Made by a program: the position numbers and the translations under genes. Positions 26,204 through 36,407 of a stretch of 64,000 nucleotides of DNA are shown here, in pieces; the stretch's first letter is position 1, and each line of letters starts with the position of its first letter. The stretch is from a virus: positions 1-64,000 of the IMG/VR virus record IMGVR_UViG_3300048011_000525; one strand, written 5' to 3'. Below the pieces are notes generated by a model that saw only the letters and a list, made by a program, of their open reading frames with translations, searched no databases and had not been told where the DNA came from.

Positions 26204-26645
26204 TGATTTCATGTTCTTCAGCCAATTGTTTGAGTTCTTTTTTTGTAGATAGTCTAGCAAGTAATTCTACCTCGTCCTGCTTCATGTTAGGATGTATTTG
26301 TTGTAAAAGTTTCACAGCATTGTTGTTGCCTGTCTTCTTTTTAAAACCAATCCAGTTGTGGCGTCTAATGTCACTGTTTGCGTTGTGTAGTGAACATAAT
26401 AGTTGCCATTGTAATTTAGGATGTCTAGTACCCAGTTCATTCCAATTTTTGTTATAGATTTGATTAGTCATAACAACAGCAAGTTCCTGTGCATCTCTAC
26501 TTCCAGAAACTGAACTAGCATATCTATTCAGCAACCAAAAGTTTACACACTTCTTTTGTTCGTCTGTTAGTTCGTCCCAAACAGACTTGGCGTTGCTATC
26601 TATACATGCTAGTACATCTTTTACTGGGAACGCTTGTTGTGCCAT
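26190..26645 (-). CDS. gp62: Clamp-loader small subunit-like (T4 gp62 type)
   Basis: FWLLNRYAS...N...LQWQLL...RRHNWI pattern. Confidence 0.55.
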   Translation of the reverse strand: MAQQAFPVKDVLACIDSNAKSVWDELTDEQKKCVNFWLLNRYASSVSGSRDAQELAVVMTNQIYNKNWNELGTRHPKLQWQLLCSLHNANSDIRRHNWIGFKKKTGNNNAVKLLQQIHPNMKQDEVELLARLSTKKELKQLAEEHEINAKL

Positions 26646-27313
26646 GCTTCTACATCCTTAGGTGAATTAATCTCTATACCATTAAAGTATACACTCTCTG
26701 TGCCAATTGTGCAACCGTTTTTGAGCCACCGAAGCTGCTCTAGTTGTTCGATATCTTCTTCTGCTGTTACTGGTAAAGTAGGATAACGAAGTAACGCATC
26801 TCGGTCGTATCCGTAAACACCTAAGTGATGTTTACCGTACTTTGTAAATCCTCTACCAAACCAAAGTGCCATGCCTGCACCTTCAATCATCTTAACACTG
26901 TTAGGGTCACTACGCAATGTTGGGTCCATGTCAGTGTGTACTGTTGTGATATCGTATTGGTTTAAATTATAATATACATACTTGATAATATCTGTAGTTA
27001 CATCAGGCATGTCGCCTTGCACATTAATAAATCGTTCGTACTGTTCGCCTTGTTTACTTTGAGCAAAGCCTGCACAACGTTCTGTGCCGTTTGCATAATC
27101 AGTCTTGTCAATATAAACTTGGCTAGGGTCAAAGCGTTCTGCAATACGTTCGTCGTCAGTTAACACATATACATCACAATTTAATTCTTTTGCTGCCTTG
27201 CGACAACGTTCATACACTACACGAACCATAGGAATGTTGTCAAGTGCAACTAAAGGTTTACCAGGAAAGCGTATGCTGCCGTATCTAGCTGGTATTAGTA
27301 TTGCTGTTTTCAT
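26621..27313 (-). CDS. kdsB: CMP-Kdo synthetase
   Basis: IPARYGSIRFPGKPL, GTERC, NVQGD, LEQLRWL. Confidence 0.92.
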   Translation of the reverse strand: MKTAILIPARYGSIRFPGKPLVALDNIPMVRVVYERCRKAAKELNCDVYVLTDDERIAERFDPSQVYIDKTDYANGTERCAGFAQSKQGEQYERFINVQGDMPDVTTDIIKYVYYNLNQYDITTVHTDMDPTLRSDPNSVKMIEGAGMALWFGRGFTKYGKHHLGVYGYDRDALLRYPTLPVTAEEDIEQLEQLRWLKNGCTIGTESVYFNGIEINSPKDVEAWHNKRSQ

Positions 27314-28287
27314 CCAAATCTTTCTCTTATCATATCTACAAACATTTGTACATTGTCTTCTGGTGTTTCTTTGGTTATACCGTGCCCTAGTCCGCAAATC
27401 CATCCTGTTCGATCTATAGCTTGCATTTCATTACAAAAAGATTCTATATGCTTTTTAAGTTCTGATCTTGGTAATAGCATTAGTTGCTCATCAAAGTTAC
27501 CCTGTATAAATCCGTCTTTATATTTTTTAAATGTTCTATGTATATCAACAGTACTATCAATACCCAATCCTGCCCAACCCATTCTATACAAAGAAGGTAA
27601 GCATCTTGAATTTAAATGCTGTGTATAATATCCTGTGTTAGTATGTTGCAACGGCTTTAGTATATTCATGTAATGCGTTTTAAAAAAGGATTCACTCATG
27701 TTGCCTACACCACTATCAAGTATCATAACCTTTTCAGCACCTGCTTCTAATTGCAAATGAATGTTACGTTGAAGTACTGGCACTATAACTTCTTCTAAGT
27801 ATTTTGCCTTCCACTTCAAACTCATGTTAGGCTGTTTGCCTGTAGCATAATTTAACAGTGTCCAAGGACCTCCTACAAAGCCAATTAAACTTTTTGATCT
27901 ATGTAATGCTTCTCGAGTTGCTCTAACTGCACCTGCCTGAAACTCCATATGTTCAGATGCTCTACTAACATCGCTGTGGTCTTTATAATTGTCTTCATTA
28001 ATAGTCCATTCAAATTGTGGCCCTGGTGCAAACTTTAAAGGAACACCTAAACCTTCAATTGGAAATAATATATCACTGAATAATATTGCTATGTCAAAAT
28101 CAAATTGATCAATTGGTAGCATAGCAGTACGTGCGGCTATCCTTGGTAGTTTACACATTTGTTCAAATGTAAACTGTTCCTTTAGTTCCATATAACCTTT
28201 TTGATATCTGCCTGCTTGTCTCATCATCCATATTGGAGGACAAGGTTGATCGATACGATCACACGCATTTTTGAATTTAGTATTCAT
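27310..28287 (-). CDS. hemE: Uroporphyrinogen decarboxylase
   Basis: PIWMMRQAGRY, AILFSDIL, LIGFVGGPWTL, LGHGI. Confidence 0.92.
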   Translation of the reverse strand: MNTKFKNACDRIDQPCPPIWMMRQAGRYQKGYMELKEQFTFEQMCKLPRIAARTAMLPIDQFDFDIAILFSDILFPIEGLGVPLKFAPGPQFEWTINEDNYKDHSDVSRASEHMEFQAGAVRATREALHRSKSLIGFVGGPWTLLNYATGKQPNMSLKWKAKYLEEVIVPVLQRNIHLQLEAGAEKVMILDSGVGNMSESFFKTHYMNILKPLQHTNTGYYTQHLNSRCLPSLYRMGWAGLGIDSTVDIHRTFKKYKDGFIQGNFDEQLMLLPRSELKKHIESFCNEMQAIDRTGWICGLGHGITKETPEDNVQMFVDMIRERFG

Positions 28288-29050
28288 GATGAAATGCTAT
28301 AATATCCTTTACTACATTTTCAAAATTATCTAACCGTAACATATTAGGTCCATCACTAGGTGCTATATCAGGGTCAGGATGTACTTCTAAGAAAAAGTTA
28401 CTGATACCCAAAGCACTAGCGGCACGAGAAAGCCCAGGAACATAATCGCGATTCCCTCCACTTGAAGTGCCGTTTCCGCCTGGCTTCTGTACCGAGTGGG
28501 TAGCATCCAATACAATAGGAACGTTATAATTAGTGAGCATATACTCAAGCCCAGTAAAATCAACAACCAAGGTATTATATCCAAAGCTAGTACCTCTCTC
28601 TGTTATCCATACTTCTTTTGCACCTTCTGTTTTACTTAGTATACCTTTAACATCCCATGGCGCAAGGAACTGTCCTTTTTTAATATTTACAATCTTATCT
28701 GTAGCACATGCTGCTTGAATAAGATCTGTTTGTCTACATAAGAACGCAGGAATCTGATAAACATCAACAGCATCTTTAAACTCACGTTCGATACGATTTA
28801 CCTGAACATAGTCATGTACATCAGTTAATGTCTTTACACCTAGTGTAACTTTGAGTGCAAGGAAGTCGGTGAGTGTAGCATCCATACCCATGCCACGTTT
28901 GCCGTTAGCACTTGTGCGATTAGCTTTATCGTAGCTGGCTTTGAAGTAATATTCAATACCGTACTTGTCGCACACACGTTTGCATTCCTTTGCAATCTCT
29001 GCACTCTGTGCAAGTGTTTCGTGCTGACACGGTCCTGCTATAATCTTCAA
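28277..29050 (-). CDS. kdsA: Kdo-8-phosphate synthase
   Basis: IAGPC, KANRTS, QIPAFLCRQTDL, KKGQF, DATHSVQ. Confidence 0.95.
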   Translation of the reverse strand: MKIIAGPCQHETLAQSAEIAKECKRVCDKYGIEYYFKASYDKANRTSANGKRGMGMDATLTDFLALKVTLGVKTLTDVHDYVQVNRIEREFKDAVDVYQIPAFLCRQTDLIQAACATDKIVNIKKGQFLAPWDVKGILSKTEGAKEVWITERGTSFGYNTLVVDFTGLEYMLTNYNVPIVLDATHSVQKPGGNGTSSGGNRDYVPGLSRAASALGISNFFLEVHPDPDIAPSDGPNMLRLDNFENVVKDIIAFHHEY

Positions 29051-29376
29051 TGGTTTCTCCCTCCATCAAATACACAAATAAATTCTAATCCAAAATCTGT
29101 ATTGTTGTGTACTTTGTGAAACACGTTATCTTCTATTAGTACAGTGTCACCTGCTGTAACATCAAATATTTTATGATCAAGTTCCATTTGACCGCTGCCT
29201 TTGACAAACAAATAGACTTCTTCTTGACCAGCGTGTCTATGACCAGTTGTACTTGTGTTAGCCCTTAGCATTGTAGAACTAACAATTAAATTCTTAAGAT
29301 GAGTATTGTCTTTTACAATATAGCGACTATCTTCCTTAACAATATCGCCACCTATATCCCAATTTGTATATTTCAT
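29047..29376 (-). CDS. Cupin domain protein
   Basis: HRH..QEEVY...G.G; FHKV.N. Confidence 0.8.
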   Translation of the reverse strand: MKYTNWDIGGDIVKEDSRYIVKDNTHLKNLIVSSTMLRANTSTTGHRHAGQEEVYLFVKGSGQMELDHKIFDVTAGDTVLIEDNVFHKVHNNTDFGLEFICVFDGGRNH

Positions 29377-29630
29377 TTGTTATCCTTTATCGTATAGTAA
29401 GTTGTTATCAATTTATCCATTTGTCTTTTTAGTGTGATATATTCTTCACACATAGCACAAAGATTTTTCCACTCACCATAGTCTAAAAGCTCACCCTGTG
29501 CTCTTGCAACAGCACCCGGATCTCCGCCTATAATCCAACGAGGTATCTCAGGTTTGTCGCGATAATGAGCGTAGACAATGCCGTCGCTACGCTCGTATAT
29601 TAACGGCTCATTTGGTATTAGATTTCCCAA
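29373..29630 (-). CDS. Hypothetical protein (start uncertain, TTG 29630)
   Basis: LIYER.DG.VYA; ATGA coupling with the downstream gene. Confidence 0.6.
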   Translation of the reverse strand: MGNLIPNEPLIYERSDGIVYAHYRDKPEIPRWIIGGDPGAVARAQGELLDYGEWKNLCAMCEEYITLKRQMDKLITTYYTIKDNK

Positions 29631-29970
29631 TTGCTGTTCCACTTGTTCTACGTACAATGTCATCATGATTAAATTCTGCCCAGTATAGCTCAAAAGCAAC
29701 ACCGTCTTCAATGCCTTCAAACTGGTGAATTTTGCCAGGCTTTACTTGTGTAAAGTCACCTGCTTCGAGGATAGTTTCGTCTACTAGTCCTTGATCATCT
29801 TGCCAAACACGTACAAGCATTTTACCTGACTCAACAAAGAATCCATTCCATTTATATTGATGCTCATGCTCCGAACATTTGTATCCTGCTTTGTATTCAA
29901 TACGGTGAAACTCTAGTACACCATTTGCGTGAATGAGCTCTGTCTGACCCCAGATCTTTCCTGCTTTCAT
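29608..29970 (-). CDS. Cupin domain protein (sugar isomerase-like)
   Basis: KIWG, SEHEH..K, HQF, DIVR. Confidence 0.8.
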   Translation of the reverse strand: MKAGKIWGQTELIHANGVLEFHRIEYKAGYKCSEHEHQYKWNGFFVESGKMLVRVWQDDQGLVDETILEAGDFTQVKPGKIHQFEGIEDGVAFELYWAEFNHDDIVRRTSGTAIGKSNTK

Positions 29971-29979
29971 TTTATTCTC

Positions 29980-30486
29980 CTACAGTAAATTTGTATAATC
30001 TATTACTTCGCTTTGTCTACTAATGTCTTTGATAAAATAAGCACACAGCGGTTCCGGACTATCGTCGAGGGGTACTGCTAATAATTGTCCATTTTTAACT
30101 TTTGGAAAATACCATTTGACATCTGAGTAAAAGTTAGTAATTTTTATGTCGCCGAAATCAAACTTAAAACTACTTAAAGGATTAAACAGGAATGCTTCAA
30201 ACCCTCTATCATTTATACTAGTTAAAGGCAAAACTTCTAAATCAGGACCTGCTTCTGAGTCTCCAACTGCAATGTGCCAGTCAACTGGCATCGTAATTTC
30301 TTTTCCGTTAATTTCTAATACCATTGCCGGTGCACTAAATGATTCTAAAAAAATCATTGGCACAAAAAAGAAATCGGGGTTTTTAGGATCGCTGTTATCT
30401 AATACAGCAAATCGAACTTCGTCTTCAAGTTCTTCTGGTACGTCTTTTAACGGAAATGTTTTATTATCTAATGTTAATATTTGCAT
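29980..30486 (-). CDS. Conserved hypothetical protein
   Basis: 168 aa ORF in the operon. Confidence 0.75.
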   Translation of the reverse strand: MQILTLDNKTFPLKDVPEELEDEVRFAVLDNSDPKNPDFFFVPMIFLESFSAPAMVLEINGKEITMPVDWHIAVGDSEAGPDLEVLPLTSINDRGFEAFLFNPLSSFKFDFGDIKITNFYSDVKWYFPKVKNGQLLAVPLDDSPEPLCAYFIKDISRQSEVIDYTNLL

Positions 30487-30492
30487 ATATTT

Positions 30493-31956
30493 TTAATTCC
30501 AATCTACTTTTTCTATAGTGAAAGGATACTGTGCTTCCTTATAGAACTTTTTACGTTGTGTTAGATGTCGTTTTGCAAATTTGCACGTTGAAGTGATATC
30601 CCAAATTTGTACGAAGTCTTTGTCTTTTGCCTTTCGAACGCCTCTGCCTATAGATTGAATTACCCGGACAAAACTTTTGCCAGGCTCAATGAGAACAAGA
30701 TTAAAAATACGCGGTATATTAATACCGACAGCCGCGACGCCGTATGTGGCGATAACGACATGATTAGTTCCTTCATTGATTTCATCATATGCCTCCTTGC
30801 GATCCTTTAGTTTAACATCGCCTTTTACGAAAACACTTCCTGGTATTAGTTCTTGTAGTGCTTCGCCAGCACTAATTCTATCTACTAGTATTAGAGTGTT
30901 TCCTGATTGTTTTACTGTGCTTAATAGTTTGCCTATATATTCTAGTCTATCTTTATTTGTTGTTAGATATTTTAATTCTGATTGATAATCTGTATGTGCT
31001 TGCGTGTCCATTAGTTGTACAACATTGACATGGCACTGAGATAGCACGCCTTTGTCTTGCAGTTCCTTAGCACTAATCTGTCCAATAACTGGACCAAGAC
31101 TAGCATGAATGCTTTCAAACTCAAACTTCTCTTTAGGTACTGTGCCAGTTAGTCCCCAACGGATAGGAGCATTACGTAGGTTGCGTGTAAGCAAGTTCTT
31201 AAGAACTTCTGCTTTGGCTTGGTGTACTTCGTCGACAATGATAGTGCTCACGCCTTCTAAGAACTCAGCTAGTGATAGTACTGCTGATCCGTCCTTGTGC
31301 TTCTTGTCTAGAATATTCAAACTCTGCCAAGTGCAAATAGTGTGAGTCTTACCTAACTCTTTTCTGTCGCCGAAGTACACCCCTACATCCAAACCACAGT
31401 TAATATAGTCTTCTTCTGTTTGAGTGACTAGACTCTTATTAGGCACAATAACAAGGCTACGCCCGTAAGATTCAGTTATGTGACTAAGAGTTGCTGTGGT
31501 AATTGTCTTACCTGCACCAGTTGCAATCTGTTGCAAGCTCTGAGGATGTTGTAAAAAATTATTAATCGATTCTACTTGATAGTCACGTAGAATAATATCT
31601 TCTCCTTCTGCTGGATGACCTTTAGGCCATACAACACCTTGATCTTTCCAATAGTTTTCTGTTACTGGAGTAAAATTAAATTGTATCGGATGCCTGTTGT
31701 CTTCAATATCAACTATTTGCACATTGTTTTTAGCAAGTATATCACTAACAACATCAAGGTGATTAACGTATCCTGTGCCACCTATGCCAAAGAAAGCAAC
31801 CTTGCCGTCCCAGCGTCCTAGTTTATATTGCGGCATATACTTTGCATACGGCACTTCAAACTTTAGTGCGTTCGCAACTTTTCTTCGTACGTCAACCTCT
31901 AGTCCTTCTAGCTTAATGTTTACTTCATCTTCAATTATTAATTTACATGACGCCAT
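30493..31956 (-). CDS. uvsW: UvsW-like SF2 helicase
   Basis: LRDYQ, ATGAGKT, DEVH, QSIGRGVR. Confidence 0.92.
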   Translation of the reverse strand: MASCKLIIEDEVNIKLEGLEVDVRRKVANALKFEVPYAKYMPQYKLGRWDGKVAFFGIGGTGYVNHLDVVSDILAKNNVQIVDIEDNRHPIQFNFTPVTENYWKDQGVVWPKGHPAEGEDIILRDYQVESINNFLQHPQSLQQIATGAGKTITTATLSHITESYGRSLVIVPNKSLVTQTEEDYINCGLDVGVYFGDRKELGKTHTICTWQSLNILDKKHKDGSAVLSLAEFLEGVSTIIVDEVHQAKAEVLKNLLTRNLRNAPIRWGLTGTVPKEKFEFESIHASLGPVIGQISAKELQDKGVLSQCHVNVVQLMDTQAHTDYQSELKYLTTNKDRLEYIGKLLSTVKQSGNTLILVDRISAGEALQELIPGSVFVKGDVKLKDRKEAYDEINEGTNHVVIATYGVAAVGINIPRIFNLVLIEPGKSFVRVIQSIGRGVRKAKDKDFVQIWDITSTCKFAKRHLTQRKKFYKEAQYPFTIEKVDWN

Positions 31957-33194
31957 TAAATATTCTCAATAAGTTTCTTTTTCCACGGACTTACATCATC
32001 ATCATAATGTATAACTAAATCCAGACCTTCTAAATAGGAGTCTGTTTTAGCTCCCGGGCTTCTACTAGTAGTTGTAGTAATTGCAGCACTTGGAAGCCAA
32101 TCACTCTTTAGCATAGGCTTAGGAATTTTATTATTATTAATATACACTATTTTCGTACTGTTGTCAACCAAATTATTTAAATTGTTACGTTTAATATACT
32201 GATTAAAATCTACACCGTCTGAATTATTATCTAATCTAAACAACACACTACAACTTTCATTTGGTATAATACCATTAAATGCTTTATGAAATTGTACTAG
32301 TTCACTATAACAATCTTTTTCTGTCAACACAACTATTAACGGAAATCTATATAATTCTAATACAGATTCTGCAATATTTTCTATTGTATATTCTTTAGGA
32401 TTTATTTGAACTTGTGTCTTTTTTCTATTAACAATTTTTTGTGTTAAAGGTGTAAGAGTGCGCATACTTTGGATTAAATCTTCATCGTCAAAATGATTTA
32501 AACCAAATTTATCTTTTTGATCATAATACCTACATAGGTTATCAATGTTTGGTTCACCTATGCTACTTACAGCATAATCAAAACTTTTCTCGTGTAAATT
32601 TTTTAATTTCAAACTGTATATGCCTGGTAAATAATTTTCTTTATTATCTTTCATGTTTACTAACTTTCCGTAATATTCGTTTAATTGTTCTTCTACTTTA
32701 AAATTGTTTGACTCGTTAAATTGAGAGATAATTTCGTATGCCGTTTGTTCTGTAAACGGAAAGTAGTGTATTTTGTTTTCTTTATCGTATATGCCTTCGC
32801 CTAGATTACGTTTGATTGTTTCTATATTATTAATGAGCTTCTTTTGAAAAATAAATCGTACTGCTATCCAAGGTCCGTCACTTTGCTGTCTTTCCAAAAT
32901 ATTATCTGGACTGTCTACAATCTTAACCCAACGACTTCTGTCAACTTCACGCAAAGGCATGCGTAAGTTTTCGATAGCAACTTCGATATCGTAACCGTTG
33001 TCTTCGTATTGTGTCTTATAATAGATAATTTTTTGTTTAGCCAACTCACACTGCCTATCAGTGTATGCTGTGCCTTTGAATGTTTGTCGTGCAAGACTTG
33101 TAACTAAATTATAGTCACTACGATCAATGTTGAATGTACCTTCGTGCTCTTGTAATCCAACAAGAATTTCTATGCAATCTTCTACTGTTTTCAT
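31956..33194 (-). CDS. Hypothetical protein
   Basis: 412 aa ORF with sigma70 promoter; coupled to uvsW. Confidence 0.75.
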   Translation of the reverse strand: MKTVEDCIEILVGLQEHEGTFNIDRSDYNLVTSLARQTFKGTAYTDRQCELAKQKIIYYKTQYEDNGYDIEVAIENLRMPLREVDRSRWVKIVDSPDNILERQQSDGPWIAVRFIFQKKLINNIETIKRNLGEGIYDKENKIHYFPFTEQTAYEIISQFNESNNFKVEEQLNEYYGKLVNMKDNKENYLPGIYSLKLKNLHEKSFDYAVSSIGEPNIDNLCRYYDQKDKFGLNHFDDEDLIQSMRTLTPLTQKIVNRKKTQVQINPKEYTIENIAESVLELYRFPLIVVLTEKDCYSELVQFHKAFNGIIPNESCSVLFRLDNNSDGVDFNQYIKRNNLNNLVDNSTKIVYINNNKIPKPMLKSDWLPSAAITTTTSRSPGAKTDSYLEGLDLVIHYDDDVSPWKKKLIENI

Positions 33195-33208
33195 GTTAAC
33201 AGTATAAC

Positions 33209-34063
33209 TTAAATTATCTTGTTTGTCAAGCGTTTAAGTGGGATACCTTGAGAAATTTCTTCTACAGTGAACTCTGTCCAAGCGTAGTCGTTTAGCCATT
33301 GTTGTCTATCTAACATTGCGGGGTTTTCAATATCGTGCAGGAAGTCTATATCATTAGCCACCGGATACGCTAACGAGGCAGTACCTACAAACGCCGGAAC
33401 GCCATTAATGATACTGTGTATACCCGGATTGCTTGAGTAACTTATAGTGGCCCATACATTGTCAAAGCCCATATCATAATCATCATAGGTGCCTGATAAT
33501 TGTCTAGGTTCTTGTCTATAAACATGTTTTAATCCTCTCTCAATATGTTCTAGCCTACAACGCGGGTGTGGACGAAATAATATAGGACGGGTTGTATGCT
33601 TGCGTATTTCATCGTACGTTTGTAAGATCCAATTGCTTACGCTAGGCATACCTTGCCACTGTAAACTTTTGTCATGTTGCCCTGCTATTAAAATATAATC
33701 GCCGTTGGATCTCCAAGGCTTACAAACCAATCCCAGGCTATCAGCCCTAGTCCGATCATTGTCTTGCTCACCAAAGTAAGCAGTTCGATTGATTCCATTT
33801 AATCCTACCTTCCATGTTGTTCCTCTTTTGATTCCGCCAACTTCGAGTACGATGGTCGATTTGGATTGTGCCATGTTTCGTTCCCAGATGTTTTTATTCT
33901 GAGCCATTCGACCAGAGAAAAGAACACTCCAAATAACATCAACATCACAAACAGGATCATTCCAAACAACATCATGGCCAGCAGCCACAAGGCTGTCAGC
34001 AAAGGCAGTAAAAACTTCTCTACTATTAAGTGCGCCATATTGTGTCCATAAGCTAAATCTCAT
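33209..34063 (-). CDS. KpsS/KpsC-like capsule biosynthesis glycosyltransferase
   Basis: LIAGQ, FRPHP, ATISYSSNPGI..I..GVP, RQQWL. Confidence 0.55.
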   Translation of the reverse strand: MRFSLWTQYGALNSREVFTAFADSLVAAGHDVVWNDPVCDVDVIWSVLFSGRMAQNKNIWERNMAQSKSTIVLEVGGIKRGTTWKVGLNGINRTAYFGEQDNDRTRADSLGLVCKPWRSNGDYILIAGQHDKSLQWQGMPSVSNWILQTYDEIRKHTTRPILFRPHPRCRLEHIERGLKHVYRQEPRQLSGTYDDYDMGFDNVWATISYSSNPGIHSIINGVPAFVGTASLAYPVANDIDFLHDIENPAMLDRQQWLNDYAWTEFTVEEISQGIPLKRLTNKII

Positions 34064-34105
34064 ATGTTAAATACTTCCATATAGCATATTTACACGAGGA
34101 ACACA

Positions 34106-34945
34106 ATGTCAGCAATAACTGTGGTTACAACTTTTCATCCCGAAGGATATTCAGTATACGGTGAACGATTTTTAGATAGCTTTGCAAAAAGAGTAGACAA
34201 GCGTATTAAATTAATTGTTTATGCAGAAGACGTTAATCCTCATAATCCAGACCCTACAAGAATAGAAATATTAGATCAAAAAACTGCACTTCCTAAATTA
34301 GTTAAATTTAAAGAACAATGGAAAGATGTACCTAAAGCAAACGGCATACCTCCAGAAGATATTAAACGCAAACGTCCAAAAGATTGGCATAAAGAATTTA
34401 AATGGCATGCAATACGTTTTGCAAATAAAACTTATGCTGTATTTGATGCTTGCAAAAGATCAAAAGACTGGTGTGTTTGGATGGATGCAGACAGCTTTAT
34501 TCATAGCAACTGGAGTTTCGAAGAGTTTAGTAATCTACTGCCAGAAAATGCTTTCATTACATATGTGGGCAGAGGAAAAGGATCACAAACTTGGCCAGAG
34601 TGCGGATTTTACGGTATGAATTTAAATCATCCTGTGTGTCACGAATTTCTAAAAGATTTCGAGAAGATGTACGAAGATGCAGACAACGGAATCTTTACAT
34701 TAGAAGAATGGCATGACAGTTATGTGTTTGGCGAGTTGTTAAAGAAATATAGCGAATTTCCTTCACACGATTATAGTGCCGAAATGTATCTTAAGGAAGC
34801 AAAGACAGGCGGTGGCGGACATCCACTTATTAACGGACCATTGGGCAAGTGGATGGATCATATGAAGGGCGGACGCAAAGACAAAGGTAAAAGCAACGCA
34901 AAAGATATCATGGTAAATAGAACCGAAGACTACTGGAAATCATAA
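34106..34945 (+). CDS. Putative GT-A glycosyltransferase
   Basis: VWMDAD, ECGF, WHDSYVF, HMKG. Confidence 0.7.
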   Translation: MSAITVVTTFHPEGYSVYGERFLDSFAKRVDKRIKLIVYAEDVNPHNPDPTRIEILDQKTALPKLVKFKEQWKDVPKANGIPPEDIKRKRPKDWHKEFKWHAIRFANKTYAVFDACKRSKDWCVWMDADSFIHSNWSFEEFSNLLPENAFITYVGRGKGSQTWPECGFYGMNLNHPVCHEFLKDFEKMYEDADNGIFTLEEWHDSYVFGELLKKYSEFPSHDYSAEMYLKEAKTGGGGHPLINGPLGKWMDHMKGGRKDKGKSNAKDIMVNRTEDYWKS

Positions 34946-35484
34946 TGAAACCATTTTTATTTGATGTAATGCGAGAAATTATAGGCGATACTAACTGCTC
35001 GTTTATAGGCGAAATAGGTACACACAAGGGCGGCACTGCACAACAGTTTATTAATCTATTTGCTCCAAGGGTAACAAAATTAACTTATTATGGATACGAT
35101 GTATTTGATGCAGATAACCCTGACAAAGTTATGCATAAAAAAGAACGCAACGGAAAAGCGCCTGCTAGTTATAATGTAGCATCTGCAACTCTAAATAAAC
35201 TTAAAAGAAATCATCCTAATTTAGATTACAAATTATACAAAGGATTTACTACTACTACACTAATAAAACCTGTTGTGTTTGACTTTGTGTATATTGACGG
35301 TGGACATAGTTACGATACTGTTAAGCATGATTATTCAATGGTTAAAGACAGTAAAATAATTGTATTTGACGATGTTAAAATTGCCGGCGTTAATCGTAAT
35401 ATCAAAGAACTACAAGAGCAAGGCATTGAAGTGGAATTAGTTAAAACTGACTCAAAGCACACTTGGGCTGTAGTTCGTAACTAA
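34945..35484 (+). CDS. Class I SAM methyltransferase (Methyltransf_24-like)
   Basis: EIGTHKG, FVYIDGGHSY, VFDD. Confidence 0.8.
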   Translation: MKPFLFDVMREIIGDTNCSFIGEIGTHKGGTAQQFINLFAPRVTKLTYYGYDVFDADNPDKVMHKKERNGKAPASYNVASATLNKLKRNHPNLDYKLYKGFTTTTLIKPVVFDFVYIDGGHSYDTVKHDYSMVKDSKIIVFDDVKIAGVNRNIKELQEQGIEVELVKTDSKHTWAVVRN

Positions 35485-36407
35485 ATGTACTGACGCATAT
35501 GCTTCCAGCAGGAGCCGTCTTCTAATTCACTAAACTTCCAATGAAACATACTAATGCGTTCTAACCACTTTTGTCTATCAAACTCTTTTGGATTTTCAAT
35601 ATTTTCAAATCCGTGATGTGAAACTTCTGCACATTGACTAGTCGCAGGATCCGTTATAAAAGCATGGTATCCTTGTATAATAGGTCCTACAATAGCACTA
35701 CTGTTATGGTTAACTACGGCCCAACAGTTAACTAAATCTTTTTCTATGTTGTCTCTATTACTACTAAGAGCAACTTTATTAATTTTTCTTAATGTTTGTG
35801 CAATCTTATTTGCTTGTCTATTAGATTCATTATCTTTAGGATGCAACCTAACAATAATTGGGCGATCACTGTGATTGCGTATTTTTGTACAAGTAACTAA
35901 TAACCAATCAATTAACTTATGTTTACCTAAACTCCAGCCGCCTTCTCGTTGAGCACAAATTAAAATATGATTTCCGTTTGACTTTGTATTTTCTAGAGTA
36001 ATATTGGTATCTGTACTAATTTGTTGCCATCGCTTAGTATCTATGTCTGTATCACAATAGATACCAGTATTTGGAAATACGCCGTCAAAACTATATCTTA
36101 AATAATGATGCGGTGCATTTGTCTTATTAGCATATAAGAATAAATTAGCATCACCACTAACAACATGCTTATTATTAGTACAGTCAATAACACTTTGACG
36201 CAATCGTAAGTGAGGTGCATTTTTGCCACGTTCATGTTGCCAGCCTTGTATTACGCCCACGTCGGCATCTATTAAGGTGTTGCCTGTATGTAATACTCCT
36301 GTATCTCCTACTGCATTAACGCCTTGTACAAATTTAGTTAATATGTTAAACTTTTCTTGGCTTTTGTTTTTGCTAGGCACTACATTATAGTAACTAACTA
36401 CTTTCAC
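35481..36407 (-). CDS. KpsS/KpsC-like capsule biosynthesis glycosyltransferase
   Basis: LICAQ, VRLHP, AVVNHNSS, RQKWL; resembles 33209-34063. Confidence 0.55.
   Translation of the reverse strand: MKVVSYYNVVPSKNKSQEKFNILTKFVQGVNAVGDTGVLHTGNTLIDADVGVIQGWQHERGKNAPHLRLRQSVIDCTNNKHVVSGDANLFLYANKTNAPHHYLRYSFDGVFPNTGIYCDTDIDTKRWQQISTDTNITLENTKSNGNHILICAQREGGWSLGKHKLIDWLLVTCTKIRNHSDRPIIVRLHPKDNESNRQANKIAQTLRKINKVALSSNRDNIEKDLVNCWAVVNHNSSAIVGPIIQGYHAFITDPATSQCAEVSHHGFENIENPKEFDRQKWLERISMFHWKFSELEDGSCWKHMRQYI

Noticed and set aside
29980-30486. Faint Hint/intein-like pattern (LEINGKEITMPVDWHIAV)
   Set aside because: It lacks the N-terminal Cys/Ser, the TxxH motif and the terminal HN; it cannot be supported without a profile search.
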